From IMG/VR virus record IMGVR_UViG_3300027798_006580: DNA of 64,000 bases. One strand, written 5' to 3'. Under the pieces are notes generated by a model. That model searched no databases, was not told the DNA's origin, and saw only the letters and a program-made list of their open reading frames with translations. The stretch is from a virus. The translations under genes were made by a program, and so were the position numbers. Numbering within the stretch: position 1 is the stretch's first letter; every line of letters starts with the position of its first letter. Below, in pieces: positions 19,560-29,802 of this stretch.

Positions 19560-20316
19560 ACATTTATCGGGCTGGGATCTACTAGTGGAAAGTAGACAGT
19601 ATCGCTCAAACACAACAGGTCTTAATTTAAGAAATGTCAGCGATTTTGCTTTTTTAGATTTAATTTCATTATTCATACTTCAAAATGAATACGAAACTGC
19701 ACCAGTATCAAAGAACTATGCAGATAAAACCATAGGATATAGAAACTTTTTACGTCCCAGACTCGCTGGAACAGACTTATATACCAGTTTGAATATACTG
19801 TCGAATCCGGACAGTGTTTTCAGCAAAAAGATACGTCAAAATCCAGAAGCTGATGCTTTGCTTAGGTCAAAGCTAAAGGTACATACTCCCACTGTGAAAC
19901 GTTATTTAGATTTATTAGCAGATGGAAATTTAAGAAAAGAAGATGCCGCAGTGCTACTATTGCGTTTAGAAAAACAATTAAACATAACAGATAGTAAATT
20001 AAAAAGTATTCGTAGATTGGCACAGGACTGGCCAGCCATCAATGACATGCAACGAGAATTAGTAGTTACACGTATGCTACAATATTATCGTAAGTTTGCG
20101 AAACGCAGTGAAATGGCAGTGTTCCTAGAAGACTTGGGTAAAACCAAAGGCTACAAGTTAAATGCTCCAGTAGATGCAGAACTTGCCAATCTGGGCTATG
20201 GACAAAAACCGGAGCCTGGTAAAAAAGGATGGCTGGCAACCCTGGCCCCAGCGGCTGGTTTAATAGCAGGATACAAGTTAGGCTATGCACTAACTGGCCC
20301 AAAAAACAAACAGTAG
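19546..20316 (+). CDS. Hypothetical late protein
   Basis: 256 aa with C-terminal hydrophobic helix. Confidence 0.65.
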   Translation: MEEFEHLSGWDLLVESRQYRSNTTGLNLRNVSDFAFLDLISLFILQNEYETAPVSKNYADKTIGYRNFLRPRLAGTDLYTSLNILSNPDSVFSKKIRQNPEADALLRSKLKVHTPTVKRYLDLLADGNLRKEDAAVLLLRLEKQLNITDSKLKSIRRLAQDWPAINDMQRELVVTRMLQYYRKFAKRSEMAVFLEDLGKTKGYKLNAPVDAELANLGYGQKPEPGKKGWLATLAPAAGLIAGYKLGYALTGPKNKQ

Positions 20317-20396
20317 ATAGTATAATATCTTAAAAAGAAGATAAATAAACTTAAGAAAACAAAGTTTTCGAAGAAACAAATTAGGAGAATTTTATT

Positions 20397-20633
20397 ATGG
20401 CAAATGCAGCCCCATTTACAGCGATCGGTCGCGACGTATTCATCAAGTCTTTTGCTAAGACAAACATTACACAATCAGAGTTAGATGCTTTGGTACAGAC
20501 AGTTCAGTTGACAAGTACAATCACAGCTATCGGTGCTTTCACAGCCGGTACAAGTGATGTTGTTAACATGATCATCGAAGGTGCAGACGTTTCAGCGGCT
20601 ACTGGTTACACAGTCGCTAACGTAGCATTCTAA
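20397..20633 (+). CDS. Small putative virion structural protein
   Basis: Ala/Thr-rich 78 aa, strong codon bias, AGGAG RBS, GATAAATA upstream, terminator downstream. Confidence 0.6.
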   Translation: MANAAPFTAIGRDVFIKSFAKTNITQSELDALVQTVQLTSTITAIGAFTAGTSDVVNMIIEGADVSAATGYTVANVAF

Positions 20634-20663
20634 ATCTTAATAATTAACTTTATTCGGGATGGG

Positions 20664-20691
20664 AAGCCGCAGTTTACTGCGGTTTTCTTTT
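20664..20691 (+). terminator. Rho-independent terminator
   Basis: AAGCCGCAG-TTTA-CTGCGGTTT followed by TCTTTT. Confidence 0.75.
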
Positions 20692-20732
20692 GACTGAAAT
20701 AAAAGGTTAAATACGTTAACAGGAGAATTAAC

Positions 20733-21179
20733 ATGGCACAGAGCACAAACAGAACAGGCGAAGTTGTTGGTGGCAACATTGAATTTTTTAGTTGCTACAC
20801 ATTGGTAGATATTACAGATACAGGGGTATATGATCCTAATGCTGGCAACTCATATGAACAAGCACAGAATTTAAATTCTTTACTACAAGCAATCAGTTTA
20901 GGTAGTCAACCTATATTATCCAGCGTGGAAAAAATTACAGCGGCAGATGTCACTGACTATGATTTTGGCACAGATTTTACAGGCAATCACAATATGTGGG
21001 TATTACGATTCGCCAGTGAACGAATCGGAGCCATATCAGTGTCATCTTTAGTTAGAGATATTGATGGCTTACCAGTATACGATGACTTAGATGAAACAGC
21101 TACGTTTGATAATAATGTATTTGAAACCGGCGCCGCCGATCAACTTAATATATACTTTATCCGTAACGATAACTTATAA
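20733..21179 (+). CDS. Putative virion structural protein
   Basis: 148 aa, TLVDIT.TG motif, late box and AGGAG RBS. Confidence 0.55.
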   Translation: MAQSTNRTGEVVGGNIEFFSCYTLVDITDTGVYDPNAGNSYEQAQNLNSLLQAISLGSQPILSSVEKITAADVTDYDFGTDFTGNHNMWVLRFASERIGAISVSSLVRDIDGLPVYDDLDETATFDNNVFETGAADQLNIYFIRNDNL

Positions 21180-21269
21180 TTTAGATAAATACATTACATA
21201 ATTAGGCACCAGTCCATTGGCACAAACTTAGGCATTTGAGATAAGAAGAACACATTTTATAAGGAGTTC

Positions 21270-21581
21270 GTGTTAATGGCAACCACAATAGAGAGACTAG
21301 GAATAGTCGAAACTAAGGTCGAGAATCTCAATGAGAAACTTGACGAGTTAAAAGTAGACGTAAAAGACCTGCACAATTGTCTAGATAAAACTAGAGATAC
21401 CATCGAAGAAAAATTAGAAGAGATGTATCAATCTAGTTGTGCCCAACATGCCGAAATGTCTAAAAAGATTTCTGCCATGGAACGGTTCAAAGACAAATGG
21501 ATGTATACATTTGGTGGCGGCATGATAGTGGTAAGTTGGGCCAGCGCACATGCAGATAGTATTATATCAATATTAAAATGA
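21270..21581 (+). CDS. Coiled-coil protein with C-terminal transmembrane helix (holin/hemolysin-like)
   Basis: Heptad pattern followed by WMYTFGGGMIVVSW. Confidence 0.5.
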   Translation: MLMATTIERLGIVETKVENLNEKLDELKVDVKDLHNCLDKTRDTIEEKLEEMYQSSCAQHAEMSKKISAMERFKDKWMYTFGGGMIVVSWASAHADSIISILK

Positions 21582-21883
21582 TGGAATTTGAAGTCATAGT
21601 CGAAGACACAGAAGAGACTTTAACAGAGGCTAAACGTGTTTGGGCCAAGCGTGGTAAGAAATTAAAACGTATGATTCGTTGCACCAGCGGCAAGAAAAAA
21701 GGCAGAACAGTTGCCAACGTCAGTGCTTGTAGTAAAGCGATAAATATGAAGAAGAGATTTATGATGAGGCGAATTAGAAAACGCTTCAATGCTAAAATCG
21801 TTAGAAAATCAAAGAGAACAAAAGCATTTAATCCTTTGAGTAAACGATTGAAGACAATGAATAAATCAACAAACGCAAGGTAA
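21578..21883 (+). CDS. Highly basic protein, possibly prohead core or DNA-binding
   Basis: Acidic N-terminus ..LTEA followed by a Lys/Arg-rich body. Confidence 0.6.
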   Translation: MMEFEVIVEDTEETLTEAKRVWAKRGKKLKRMIRCTSGKKKGRTVANVSACSKAINMKKRFMMRRIRKRFNAKIVRKSKRTKAFNPLSKRLKTMNKSTNAR

Positions 21884-21890
21884 CAAATAT

Positions 21891-22316
21891 ATGGCAGATG
21901 ATCGAAGTTTAACAGATATAATAAGATTCACAGATCCCAGCGGGGAAATCAGTGATTCTGAAATTGCCGGAATTTCTAATTCACTTAAATTTTCAGAAGT
22001 ATTGGATTTAATATCATCTGTGAGTAAAGATAACATGGATTCTGCTAGAAACATTTTAAGTAAGCACGATCCTCGATTCAGTGTTGCCACAGAATATGCT
22101 GGCGCACAAGGTGCCCAGACCAGCGGATTTAAACCAATCAAGCCTCAGGGCACAGTAGGTGCATTACCTGGCACAGCAAATAAACCAGTCAATCCCAACG
22201 GACCACAAGACAGCGACCAAGGTGATTTAGAAGCCATGGTCACAGACCCAATGAACAAGAATAAACCAGAAGTAAAACAGATTCAAAGTTTACTTCAAAG
22301 GCTACAGAACAGATGA
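21891..22316 (+). CDS. Hypothetical late protein
   Basis: 141-aa ORF in operon. Confidence 0.6.
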   Translation: MADDRSLTDIIRFTDPSGEISDSEIAGISNSLKFSEVLDLISSVSKDNMDSARNILSKHDPRFSVATEYAGAQGAQTSGFKPIKPQGTVGALPGTANKPVNPNGPQDSDQGDLEAMVTDPMNKNKPEVKQIQSLLQRLQNR

Positions 22317-22705
22317 GAATAAAAGATATTGTTTCCGAATCATATAAAGGATATGGTGGCGGCCATATGAAAGATTTTGGTACAGTAAAACGTGGTATAG
22401 ATCAATCTATACCCAATGCTAGAATTGAACCAGAAGTTCGGAATACAGATACGTACATGCAACTGCGCTATGGTATTGCATTGGCCGCGGCCGCTTCCCA
22501 CAGTGCTGACGACTTTGAACAAGAAAGCGCCTGGGCAGAAAACTTGGGTATGGTCGGTTACAGTGATGCTGATGTAGAAATAATGGATGCCGCCGATAAG
22601 CTAATGGGTGTCAAAAGTATTAAGTTAAGTGGAAAAAGTAAAGAACGCGATGACACTGGAACTACAAGTGCTGTAGCCAGTGGATGGAAGAAGTTTGCAA
22701 AATGA
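22313..22705 (+). CDS. Putative internal head protein
   Basis: N-terminal MRIKDIVSE motif. Confidence 0.55.
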   Translation: MRIKDIVSESYKGYGGGHMKDFGTVKRGIDQSIPNARIEPEVRNTDTYMQLRYGIALAAAASHSADDFEQESAWAENLGMVGYSDADVEIMDAADKLMGVKSIKLSGKSKERDDTGTTSAVASGWKKFAK

Positions 22706-22917
22706 AAATAGTTGAACTAGCATCCGGCATCAAAACAATGATTACCAACGAGCAACAAGAACTCGTTAAAGAAATTAAGGAATCTACTCAAATTTCAAGA
22801 GAAGATTTAGATGAACGAAAGCAAAAACTAGCAGAACAAATGACTAGTCTTGGATTATTAGATAGAATATACGATGAAGAAAAACAAGCAATTATCTACA
22901 AACTATTCAGTAGATAA
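22702..22917 (+). CDS. Hypothetical protein
   Basis: MKIVEL start, ATGA-coupled. Confidence 0.6.
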   Translation: MKIVELASGIKTMITNEQQELVKEIKESTQISREDLDERKQKLAEQMTSLGLLDRIYDEEKQAIIYKLFSR

Positions 22918-23365
22918 AAAAGGCGCAGATAGACTATCGTCTAAAGTGGCAGCAATGCTGGATGATGCTATACCTAAAAATATATTAGGTATGATGGTCA
23001 CTATGAAAGAACAGGAACGCAGTCTAGTGTTCTATGACAGATTCAGTTTGAATGTACATAAAAAGAACGACTATTCTATCATTGACTTATATACCAAAGA
23101 AGCAGTCTACGACAATATTGCGCTGTTTTCCAGTGCATTGCATATCATATTTTTCTTACACAAAGGGGTACATAGATCTGCCCCACAAGAAGATGTCATA
23201 TACGAACTAGATCAAGAATACTTTCGATGTTTAGAAAACATCAAATTTTACAGACATAAGATGAACTCGGTTAACTCTGAATTAATCCCACTTTTTGCAG
23301 ACAGATTAACTGATGCCAAGGTGAGATTAGAAGAAACAAAAACCAAATTATCTAAAACATATTGA
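22874..23365 (+). CDS. Hypothetical protein (start uncertain)
   Basis: 163-aa ORF filling the operon gap. Confidence 0.55.
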   Translation: MKKNKQLSTNYSVDKKGADRLSSKVAAMLDDAIPKNILGMMVTMKEQERSLVFYDRFSLNVHKKNDYSIIDLYTKEAVYDNIALFSSALHIIFFLHKGVHRSAPQEDVIYELDQEYFRCLENIKFYRHKMNSVNSELIPLFADRLTDAKVRLEETKTKLSKTY

Positions 23366-23389
23366 TAAATAATCTAAAGGATACCTATT

Positions 23390-24070
23390 ATGAATACCTC
23401 TGAAATTTTTAACCCTACACAACGCAAACAGCGTGTGGTAGAAAACTTCTTGAATAGCCACTATGGCTTGAAATTGGCTGCTCACGGCGATTCAGTCAAA
23501 GTACAGTCACTGATCAGTAAATTGGTTCAGGAAAATCACCAATTTGCCAGTGCAAAAGTTGGCTTTCAAAACGATGCTACTTATGTTAAGAACACTATGA
23601 TCATCGAAGCATTACGTCACATTCTTAAAGAGATTGGTCCAATGCGCTCTACTCGTAGAATGAACGAACAAAGCGGTGAAGATTTAGCTCAAGCTGAATT
23701 GATCCTTGTTGCTCAGAACATGGTCGATGATCTGCAAAAGATGGCAGAAGATGTTGCTCAAATGCAAACAGACGAACTAATGCCATTAGAAGAAAAAATG
23801 AAAACAACATTTGGTCAAGAGCAAGGTACTGCGTTTGGCCAAGCCGCTGATCAATCATTCGGCACATTGTTGGATGCAGTCAAGGCTGCTAAAGACGCTT
23901 TAAGTAATGCAGTTGCAGTTCTTAAAGGTGAAAGCCCAATGGGCGGCATGGGCAATGACCTAAGCGCAGGCATGCCAGCTCCTGCATTGGAACCAACAGG
24001 CGATGAGTTTGGTATGGCCGATGCGGCAAGCGGTGAAGAAGAATTGCCAACTGGGCGCGAGTTGAAGTAA
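23390..24070 (+). CDS. Putative prohead core/scaffold-like protein
   Basis: Acidic helical protein with MNEQ..EDL.QAE.IL.A..MVD.LQKM.ED and C-terminal GRELK; late box and RBS. Confidence 0.5.
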   Translation: MNTSEIFNPTQRKQRVVENFLNSHYGLKLAAHGDSVKVQSLISKLVQENHQFASAKVGFQNDATYVKNTMIIEALRHILKEIGPMRSTRRMNEQSGEDLAQAELILVAQNMVDDLQKMAEDVAQMQTDELMPLEEKMKTTFGQEQGTAFGQAADQSFGTLLDAVKAAKDALSNAVAVLKGESPMGGMGNDLSAGMPAPALEPTGDEFGMADAASGEEELPTGRELK

Positions 24071-24396
24071 TGCGCTTATACGAATTTGTCGACAGCGACG
24101 AACAAGTTTTAGGAATTATCAAGCCTTTGCTGTTACGAGCAAAGGCCGAAGGTGCGGCTGCTATTCCTACTAATCAATTAATTAATGATTTAAATGATTC
24201 CAGCATAACACCTGAACTATTAGTTCACATTCTTAACAAGCATAGAAAAGATTTAAACGATATTATTACAACAGCTACATATGATTCGATTGTGTTAAAC
24301 AACAATGAAATTAAATCGATGACCAGCAATTATGATAAAGATGTTAATAAGATGAAAAGCACGGCACTGAAACAAGCAATGGATAAATTAAAATGA
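24070..24396 (+). CDS. Putative head-associated protein
   Basis: MRLYEF start. Confidence 0.55.
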   Translation: MRLYEFVDSDEQVLGIIKPLLLRAKAEGAAAIPTNQLINDLNDSSITPELLVHILNKHRKDLNDIITTATYDSIVLNNNEIKSMTSNYDKDVNKMKSTALKQAMDKLK

Positions 24397-24713
24397 TAGC
24401 ATCTATTATGTTAACTGCCACCCAAGCTAGAAGTAAAGCTCAAAATGATTTGGTTATTTTCAATGAAGTCAGAGCCATTGAATTAGCCATTTTAACTGCC
24501 AGTGCCGCTGGCAGCTATGATATAACATTAAGTACTACCACTATGTCAACTAGTGTAATATACGCAAATGTCTGGAAGGGTGTAATATCCGACAGAGCAA
24601 AAGAAATCCAAATGTCGAGTATAATTAAGTATTTTACTGATTTGGGTTATAATGTTGAACGCAGATCTAATACAGTTACTGGCACAACATTCGATTGGCA
24701 AATTTACTGGTAA
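24393..24713 (+). CDS. Putative virion protein
   Basis: 106 aa ending F.W.I.W. Confidence 0.55.
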   Translation: MIASIMLTATQARSKAQNDLVIFNEVRAIELAILTASAAGSYDITLSTTTMSTSVIYANVWKGVISDRAKEIQMSSIIKYFTDLGYNVERRSNTVTGTTFDWQIYW

Positions 24714-24757
24714 TATATAACTAGACTATACACTGGAATCAGTGTATAATAGTGTAT

Positions 24758-25423
24758 ATGCTATTAAATCCAATCTACGAATACAAAAAACTCTCCCGTG
24801 ACGAATCCACAGGCAAGCGACTTTATGCTTGCCCTGATGGAACAAAAGTTCCCAGCGTCACAACAGTACTAGACTCGACTAAAGATAAAACATTCTTACT
24901 TGAATGGAGAAAACGTGTTGGTGATGCCGAAGCTACTCGTATCAGTACAGAGTCTGCAGGTCTGGGCACACTGATGCATACTCATTTAGAATATTATGTA
25001 TTAGGCAAAGAACGTCCACAGGGCAACAATCAAGTTCAGATACTGGCTCGTGACATGGCTGATACTATGATTAATCAAGCGTTCTGTGACATCGATGAAG
25101 TATGGGGCATTGAAGCCGCATTATACTATCCAGGCCTATATGCAGGCACTAGTGATATGATTGGAGTACACAAAGGTACACCTGCGATCATCGATCATAA
25201 AACAACTAAGAAGACTAAGAAGAAAGAATGGATTGAAGATTACTTTTTACAATGCTGTGCCTACGCACTGGCCCATAATGAAGTACATGGTACTGATATT
25301 AAAAAATGTGTGATTAATATCATTGACCGAGATGCTAAACTACAACCCTTTATTATAGAAGGCAATGAGTTTGATCATTACAGTGATCTCTGGGCACAGC
25401 GTCTTGATCAATATTATAAATAA
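24758..25423 (+). CDS. PD-(D/E)XK exonuclease, Cas4/RecB/MGME1-like
   Basis: PSVTTVL, GT..H, E..L, YAGTSD, IIDHKT, YFLQ..AY. Confidence 0.85.
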   Translation: MLLNPIYEYKKLSRDESTGKRLYACPDGTKVPSVTTVLDSTKDKTFLLEWRKRVGDAEATRISTESAGLGTLMHTHLEYYVLGKERPQGNNQVQILARDMADTMINQAFCDIDEVWGIEAALYYPGLYAGTSDMIGVHKGTPAIIDHKTTKKTKKKEWIEDYFLQCCAYALAHNEVHGTDIKKCVINIIDRDAKLQPFIIEGNEFDHYSDLWAQRLDQYYK

Positions 25424-25430
25424 GCATCTA

Positions 25431-25883
25431 GTGGAAAACAATTTAAGCATTTGGTATAAGACTACTACAGAAAAAATCCTAGCTTGGAGAGAGTTAAGAC
25501 AAAATGCAATGGGCATGACTGTCGACGACCTAGTCCAAGCAGTTAACACATGGTGGACATTCTCACCATGGGTACGTAAAACAATAGACCCTTACAAGCC
25601 AGAAACATGGCCCAACCCATGGGATATGATCAATCGTGGTGAATTTTGTCGCAGTGCTATTGCATTGGGACAAGCATATACACTTTGGATAACTGCACCC
25701 AATAGCAATGTAGAACTATGGTTAGTGAATAATTTCAGCGAAAAAGATGTACATCTAGTAGCAGTTATTGATGAGAAGACTGTGCTAAATTACACTCTGG
25801 GTCATGTATTACCCATTGAGCAATGTGACTTTGAGACTTTAAACAAGATCGTCAAAAGCGACTTACCACACATTAAAATATAA
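25431..25883 (+). CDS. Transglutaminase-like cysteine proteinase fold protein
   Basis: W..PW.....G.FC...ALG, H.V...D; GTG start 8 nt after TAAATA. Confidence 0.5.
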   Translation: MENNLSIWYKTTTEKILAWRELRQNAMGMTVDDLVQAVNTWWTFSPWVRKTIDPYKPETWPNPWDMINRGEFCRSAIALGQAYTLWITAPNSNVELWLVNNFSEKDVHLVAVIDEKTVLNYTLGHVLPIEQCDFETLNKIVKSDLPHIKI

Positions 25884-25951
25884 CAGAATTATTACAGTAC
25901 AGAGTTAAATAAAATATTAAAATTAAAATAGCAGATAAGGAAAAGAATAAA

Positions 25952-28285
25952 ATGACAACATCGGCGTGGGCCATCACTGTTATCAAGCGCAGTGGAGAAA
26001 AAGAAGAATTGATGATTGAAAAATGGCAGGCACAGATTACTAAAATATGTTCTGGAATTGCTGACGTCAGTCAAAGTATGGTTGAAATCAAAGCTCAACC
26101 ACAGTTTTATGATGGTATTACTACACAAGAAATTGATGAGATTACACTTCGTGCTATTGTTAACCTAATCGATGTAGAAGCTAATCCAGATGTAGGACAC
26201 ACTAATTATCAATATGTAGCAGGCAAGCAACGTTTATCAATGTTGCGAAAAGACGTATATGGTAGCTATACTGTACCTCCGCTGTACGAAATTATCAAAC
26301 GTAATGTAGCAACTGGTCTTTATACAAGTGAACTTCTTGAATGGTATAGTGAAGATGATTGGAACAAGATGAATGACATGCTTGACCATGACAAGGACGA
26401 ACAATACAGTTATGCTGCCATCGAACAACTAATTGAAAAATATTTAGTAAAGAACCGTAGCACTAAAGAAACATACGAAACTCCTCAGATTAGATATATG
26501 GTGGCCGCCGCAACTGTGTTCCATAGTGAAGAACCTAACTCGGCTCGTATGCGTTATATTAAGGAATACTACAATGCGGCATCAGATGGATTATTTACTT
26601 TGGCTACGCCGGTGCTTGCTGGTCTTGGCACTCCTACTAAGCAGTTTAGTAGCTGTGTGCTTATCCGTAGCGATGATGATTTGGATAGTATTTTTGCCAG
26701 TGGGGAAATGATGGCAAAGTATGCCAGCAAACGTGCTGGCATTGGTTTAGAAATTGGGCGACTACGTCCTTTAGGAAGTCCTATTAGGGGCGGCGAAATC
26801 ATGCACACAGGTATGATTCCATTTTTAAAGAAATGGTTTGGTGACCTGCGTTCATGTTCACAGGGAGGAATTCGCAATGCAAGTGCTACTATCTTTTATC
26901 CAATCTGGCATCACCAGTTTGACGACCTTATTGTACTCAAGAACAATCAAGGAACAGAGGAAACCCGAGTCCGTCATATGGATTATGGGGTTGTGCTTTC
27001 CGCTCTATTCTGGAGACGATTCAAAAACAAAGAACAAATAACGTTCTTTGATCCTAACGAAGTACCTGATTTATATCAAGCCTTTTATTCTAACACACAA
27101 CTATTTGAAGAGCTGTATGTCAAGTATGAAAACACCGCAGGGCTTCGTACAAAAACAATGTCGGCCGAAGAAGTATTCAAGGGCGGCATTTTAAAAGAAC
27201 GCACAGATACAGGACGTATCTATCTAGTGTTCATCGACAACGTGATGAATCAAGGACCATTTGATCCTGAGTATCACACCATTTACCAGAGTAACTTATG
27301 CTGTGAAATTCTTTTACCTACTAAATCCTTTAAACGTCTGGATGACAGCGATGGTCGTATCGCACTTTGCACTTTGGGCTCAATCAATTGGGGTGCGTTC
27401 CGTAACCCAGAAGACATGCGCCGTGCTTGCCGCATACTGCATCGTAGCCTCAATAACATTCTTGACTATCAAGACTTTCTTTCCATACAGTCTAAACTAT
27501 CCAACGACGAAATTAGACCACTGGGAATCGGTATCACCAACCTTGCCTACTGGCACGCCAAGCGAAGCCTCAAGTACGGAGAGCGAGACAGCCTGGCTGA
27601 AGTCAAGACGTGGATGGAACATCAAGCCTACTACTTAACTGAAGCCAGCGTCGAGTTAGCTAAAGAACGTGGCCGTTGCGAAGGCAGTGATCGTACACGC
27701 TATGGACAAGGCACATTCCCGTGGGAACTACGTGCCAATGGTGTCAACGAATTGACAAATTTTACTCCCGAATTAGATTGGGAAACTCTACGTTCCAATA
27801 TGAAAGAACACGGAGTTCGCAATGCCACACAAATGGCAGTTGCACCAGTTGAATCTAGTTCAGTTGTTATTAATTCAACAAATGGCATTGAAATGCCCAT
27901 GTCGTTAATTAGTACTAAAGAATCAAAAGCAGGATCCTTCACGCAAGTAGTACCTGAGTATCATAAACTTAAAAACAAATATCAATTAATGTGGGAACAA
28001 AAAGACTGCGATGGCTATTTAAAAACAGCCGCAGTTATTGCTGCCTATGTTGACCAAAGTATCAGTACTAATACGTTTTATAACCCTGCTCATTTTGCAG
28101 ATAGAAAAGTTCCAACAACGTTGATTGCCAAGAACTTGATGCAAAGTCACTACTGGGGATTGAAGACATTCTATTATAGCTTGATCAATAAAGCAGGCAG
28201 TAAAGCAGTTGCAGAAGATGCACCCACTATGTTGGAACCAATTAACTTTGATGACGAAGAAGACTGTGAAAGCTGTAAACTATAA
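25952..28285 (+). CDS. nrdA: Ribonucleotide reductase class Ia alpha subunit
   Basis: ATP cone VIKRSG, QFSSC, SNLCCEI, CTLG, AP.ESSS, LKTFYY, C-terminal CESCKL; no intein. Confidence 0.95.
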   Translation: MTTSAWAITVIKRSGEKEELMIEKWQAQITKICSGIADVSQSMVEIKAQPQFYDGITTQEIDEITLRAIVNLIDVEANPDVGHTNYQYVAGKQRLSMLRKDVYGSYTVPPLYEIIKRNVATGLYTSELLEWYSEDDWNKMNDMLDHDKDEQYSYAAIEQLIEKYLVKNRSTKETYETPQIRYMVAAATVFHSEEPNSARMRYIKEYYNAASDGLFTLATPVLAGLGTPTKQFSSCVLIRSDDDLDSIFASGEMMAKYASKRAGIGLEIGRLRPLGSPIRGGEIMHTGMIPFLKKWFGDLRSCSQGGIRNASATIFYPIWHHQFDDLIVLKNNQGTEETRVRHMDYGVVLSALFWRRFKNKEQITFFDPNEVPDLYQAFYSNTQLFEELYVKYENTAGLRTKTMSAEEVFKGGILKERTDTGRIYLVFIDNVMNQGPFDPEYHTIYQSNLCCEILLPTKSFKRLDDSDGRIALCTLGSINWGAFRNPEDMRRACRILHRSLNNILDYQDFLSIQSKLSNDEIRPLGIGITNLAYWHAKRSLKYGERDSLAEVKTWMEHQAYYLTEASVELAKERGRCEGSDRTRYGQGTFPWELRANGVNELTNFTPELDWETLRSNMKEHGVRNATQMAVAPVESSSVVINSTNGIEMPMSLISTKESKAGSFTQVVPEYHKLKNKYQLMWEQKDCDGYLKTAAVIAAYVDQSISTNTFYNPAHFADRKVPTTLIAKNLMQSHYWGLKTFYYSLINKAGSKAVAEDAPTMLEPINFDDEEDCESCKL

Positions 28286-28935
28286 TGTTGGAAACAATTT
28301 GTGAAGTATTAGAAGACGCTTATAAACGTAATTGGATTACCAGCCGTGATGGTAATGTAAGTATTCGTCATCATGACCGTGACCATTTCTATATCACACC
28401 CAGTGGTGTGCGTAAACAAACACTACAGCCTGATCAGTTTAAAAAGATTGGCATTGAGAAAGGTTACTGGAATCAACCTCCTCGAATTTACTATGCAAGC
28501 AAGGAATTAGAGTACACTGATATTAGTGAAAAGTTAAAACCCAGTGGAGAACTTCCTTTGCACTTTGGCCTACAACGAGAAATGGGTCAACACAGCAACG
28601 ATGTGCGAGTAGTAGTACATGTTCATCCCACTTACTGTATTGCGGCCATGCATGCCGGCATAGATCTTAGTACTATCAGCGATGCGTTCCCAGAACTAAA
28701 TAGATATACCAGAGTAGCACCTAATGTAGGCGATGTACCTCCTATCAGTCAAGAGCTTGCGGATCAATGCCACAAGCAATTACAATTAGACGACAAGGGA
28801 AATATTGCCTACGACATTGTAGGTATTAAAGGGCACGGGGTAGTTGCTATTGATACCAGCCCATGGCGTGCCTACGAACATATAGAACGATTAGAACACA
28901 TTTGCAAGATAGTACTTGCATCAGGAAAATATTAG
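28285..28935 (+). CDS. Class II aldolase/adducin family protein
   Basis: DGNVS, ITPSG, PSGE..LH, VHVHP, GHGV. Confidence 0.85.
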   Translation: MLETICEVLEDAYKRNWITSRDGNVSIRHHDRDHFYITPSGVRKQTLQPDQFKKIGIEKGYWNQPPRIYYASKELEYTDISEKLKPSGELPLHFGLQREMGQHSNDVRVVVHVHPTYCIAAMHAGIDLSTISDAFPELNRYTRVAPNVGDVPPISQELADQCHKQLQLDDKGNIAYDIVGIKGHGVVAIDTSPWRAYEHIERLEHICKIVLASGKY

Positions 28936-28943
28936 GAGATAAC

Positions 28944-29789
28944 ATGAAAAAATTAATTACAATTTTATTAGTAAGCGTCTTGGCTTTTGCCAGTATGAGT
29001 GCGGAAGCCAAACGCATGGGCGGTGGAAAAAGTGTAGGACAACAAAGTTCCAACGTGAGCAAAAAACAAGCCGCGCCGCCAGCACAGTCAACACCGCCAA
29101 TGGCAGCACCTGCACCAAGAGCGCCATGGGGTGCTATGTTGGGGGGCTTGGCAGCAGGTCTTGGACTAGCATGGCTGGCCAGCAGTTTGGGCATGGGAGA
29201 GGCATTTGGTAATATCATGATGGCCTTGTTGATTGGTGCTGTGATATTGGCAGTAATAGGTTGGTTCATGCGTAAGCGTATGAACACAAGCAATGAAAAT
29301 AATCTTGCTTACCAAGGCAACAATGCTCCATCCTCAAATATGTTTAATCCTTACAACCAACCCACACGATTCTCTAGTGGTAGCATGATTGGATCAACAC
29401 TGGCTACAACCACATGGACAATTCCTGCAGGGTTCGATATAGTAGGATTTGAGTCAGCGGCCAAACAAAACTTTGTGCTGTTGCAAGGTGCCTGGGACCG
29501 TGCAGATGTTGCTACTCTTGGTGGTATGATGACAGACGATATGTTGACAGAAATACAACAACAATTAGCTTCACGTGAAGTTGGCCCACATAGAACAGCA
29601 GTTATATCATTGGAAGCAAGACTATTAGGCATAGAAGAAACTGATGTCAATTACATAGCCAGTGTGGAATTTACCGGCACAATACAAGACACTGTGGGAG
29701 CAGAAGCTGAAGCATTTGAAGAAGTATGGAATATGACCAAATCAAAATCTTCTGGCGGCTGGTTATTGGCTGGAATACAAACAAACTAA
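28944..29789 (+). CDS. Tim44-domain membrane protein
   Basis: Signal peptide, AKRMGGG.S.G, GGLAAGLGL, LQ.AWD, F.EVW...W.LAGIQ. Confidence 0.85.
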   Translation: MKKLITILLVSVLAFASMSAEAKRMGGGKSVGQQSSNVSKKQAAPPAQSTPPMAAPAPRAPWGAMLGGLAAGLGLAWLASSLGMGEAFGNIMMALLIGAVILAVIGWFMRKRMNTSNENNLAYQGNNAPSSNMFNPYNQPTRFSSGSMIGSTLATTTWTIPAGFDIVGFESAAKQNFVLLQGAWDRADVATLGGMMTDDMLTEIQQQLASREVGPHRTAVISLEARLLGIEETDVNYIASVEFTGTIQDTVGAEAEAFEEVWNMTKSKSSGGWLLAGIQTN

Positions 29790-29802
29790 AATTATATAAT
29801 AA

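Noticed and set aside
20652-20666. TTCGGGATGGGAAG purine-rich motif before the terminator
   Set aside because: Single copy in the window; no function can be supported
24758-25423. Cas4 as evidence of a CRISPR system
   Set aside because: Standalone PD-(D/E)XK exonuclease without a clear Fe-S cysteine set; no array or other cas genes nearby
28847-29650. Minus-strand ORFs over the Tim44 gene, and similar short antisense ORFs elsewhere
   Set aside because: Fully overlap well-supported plus-strand genes and have no RBS or motifs
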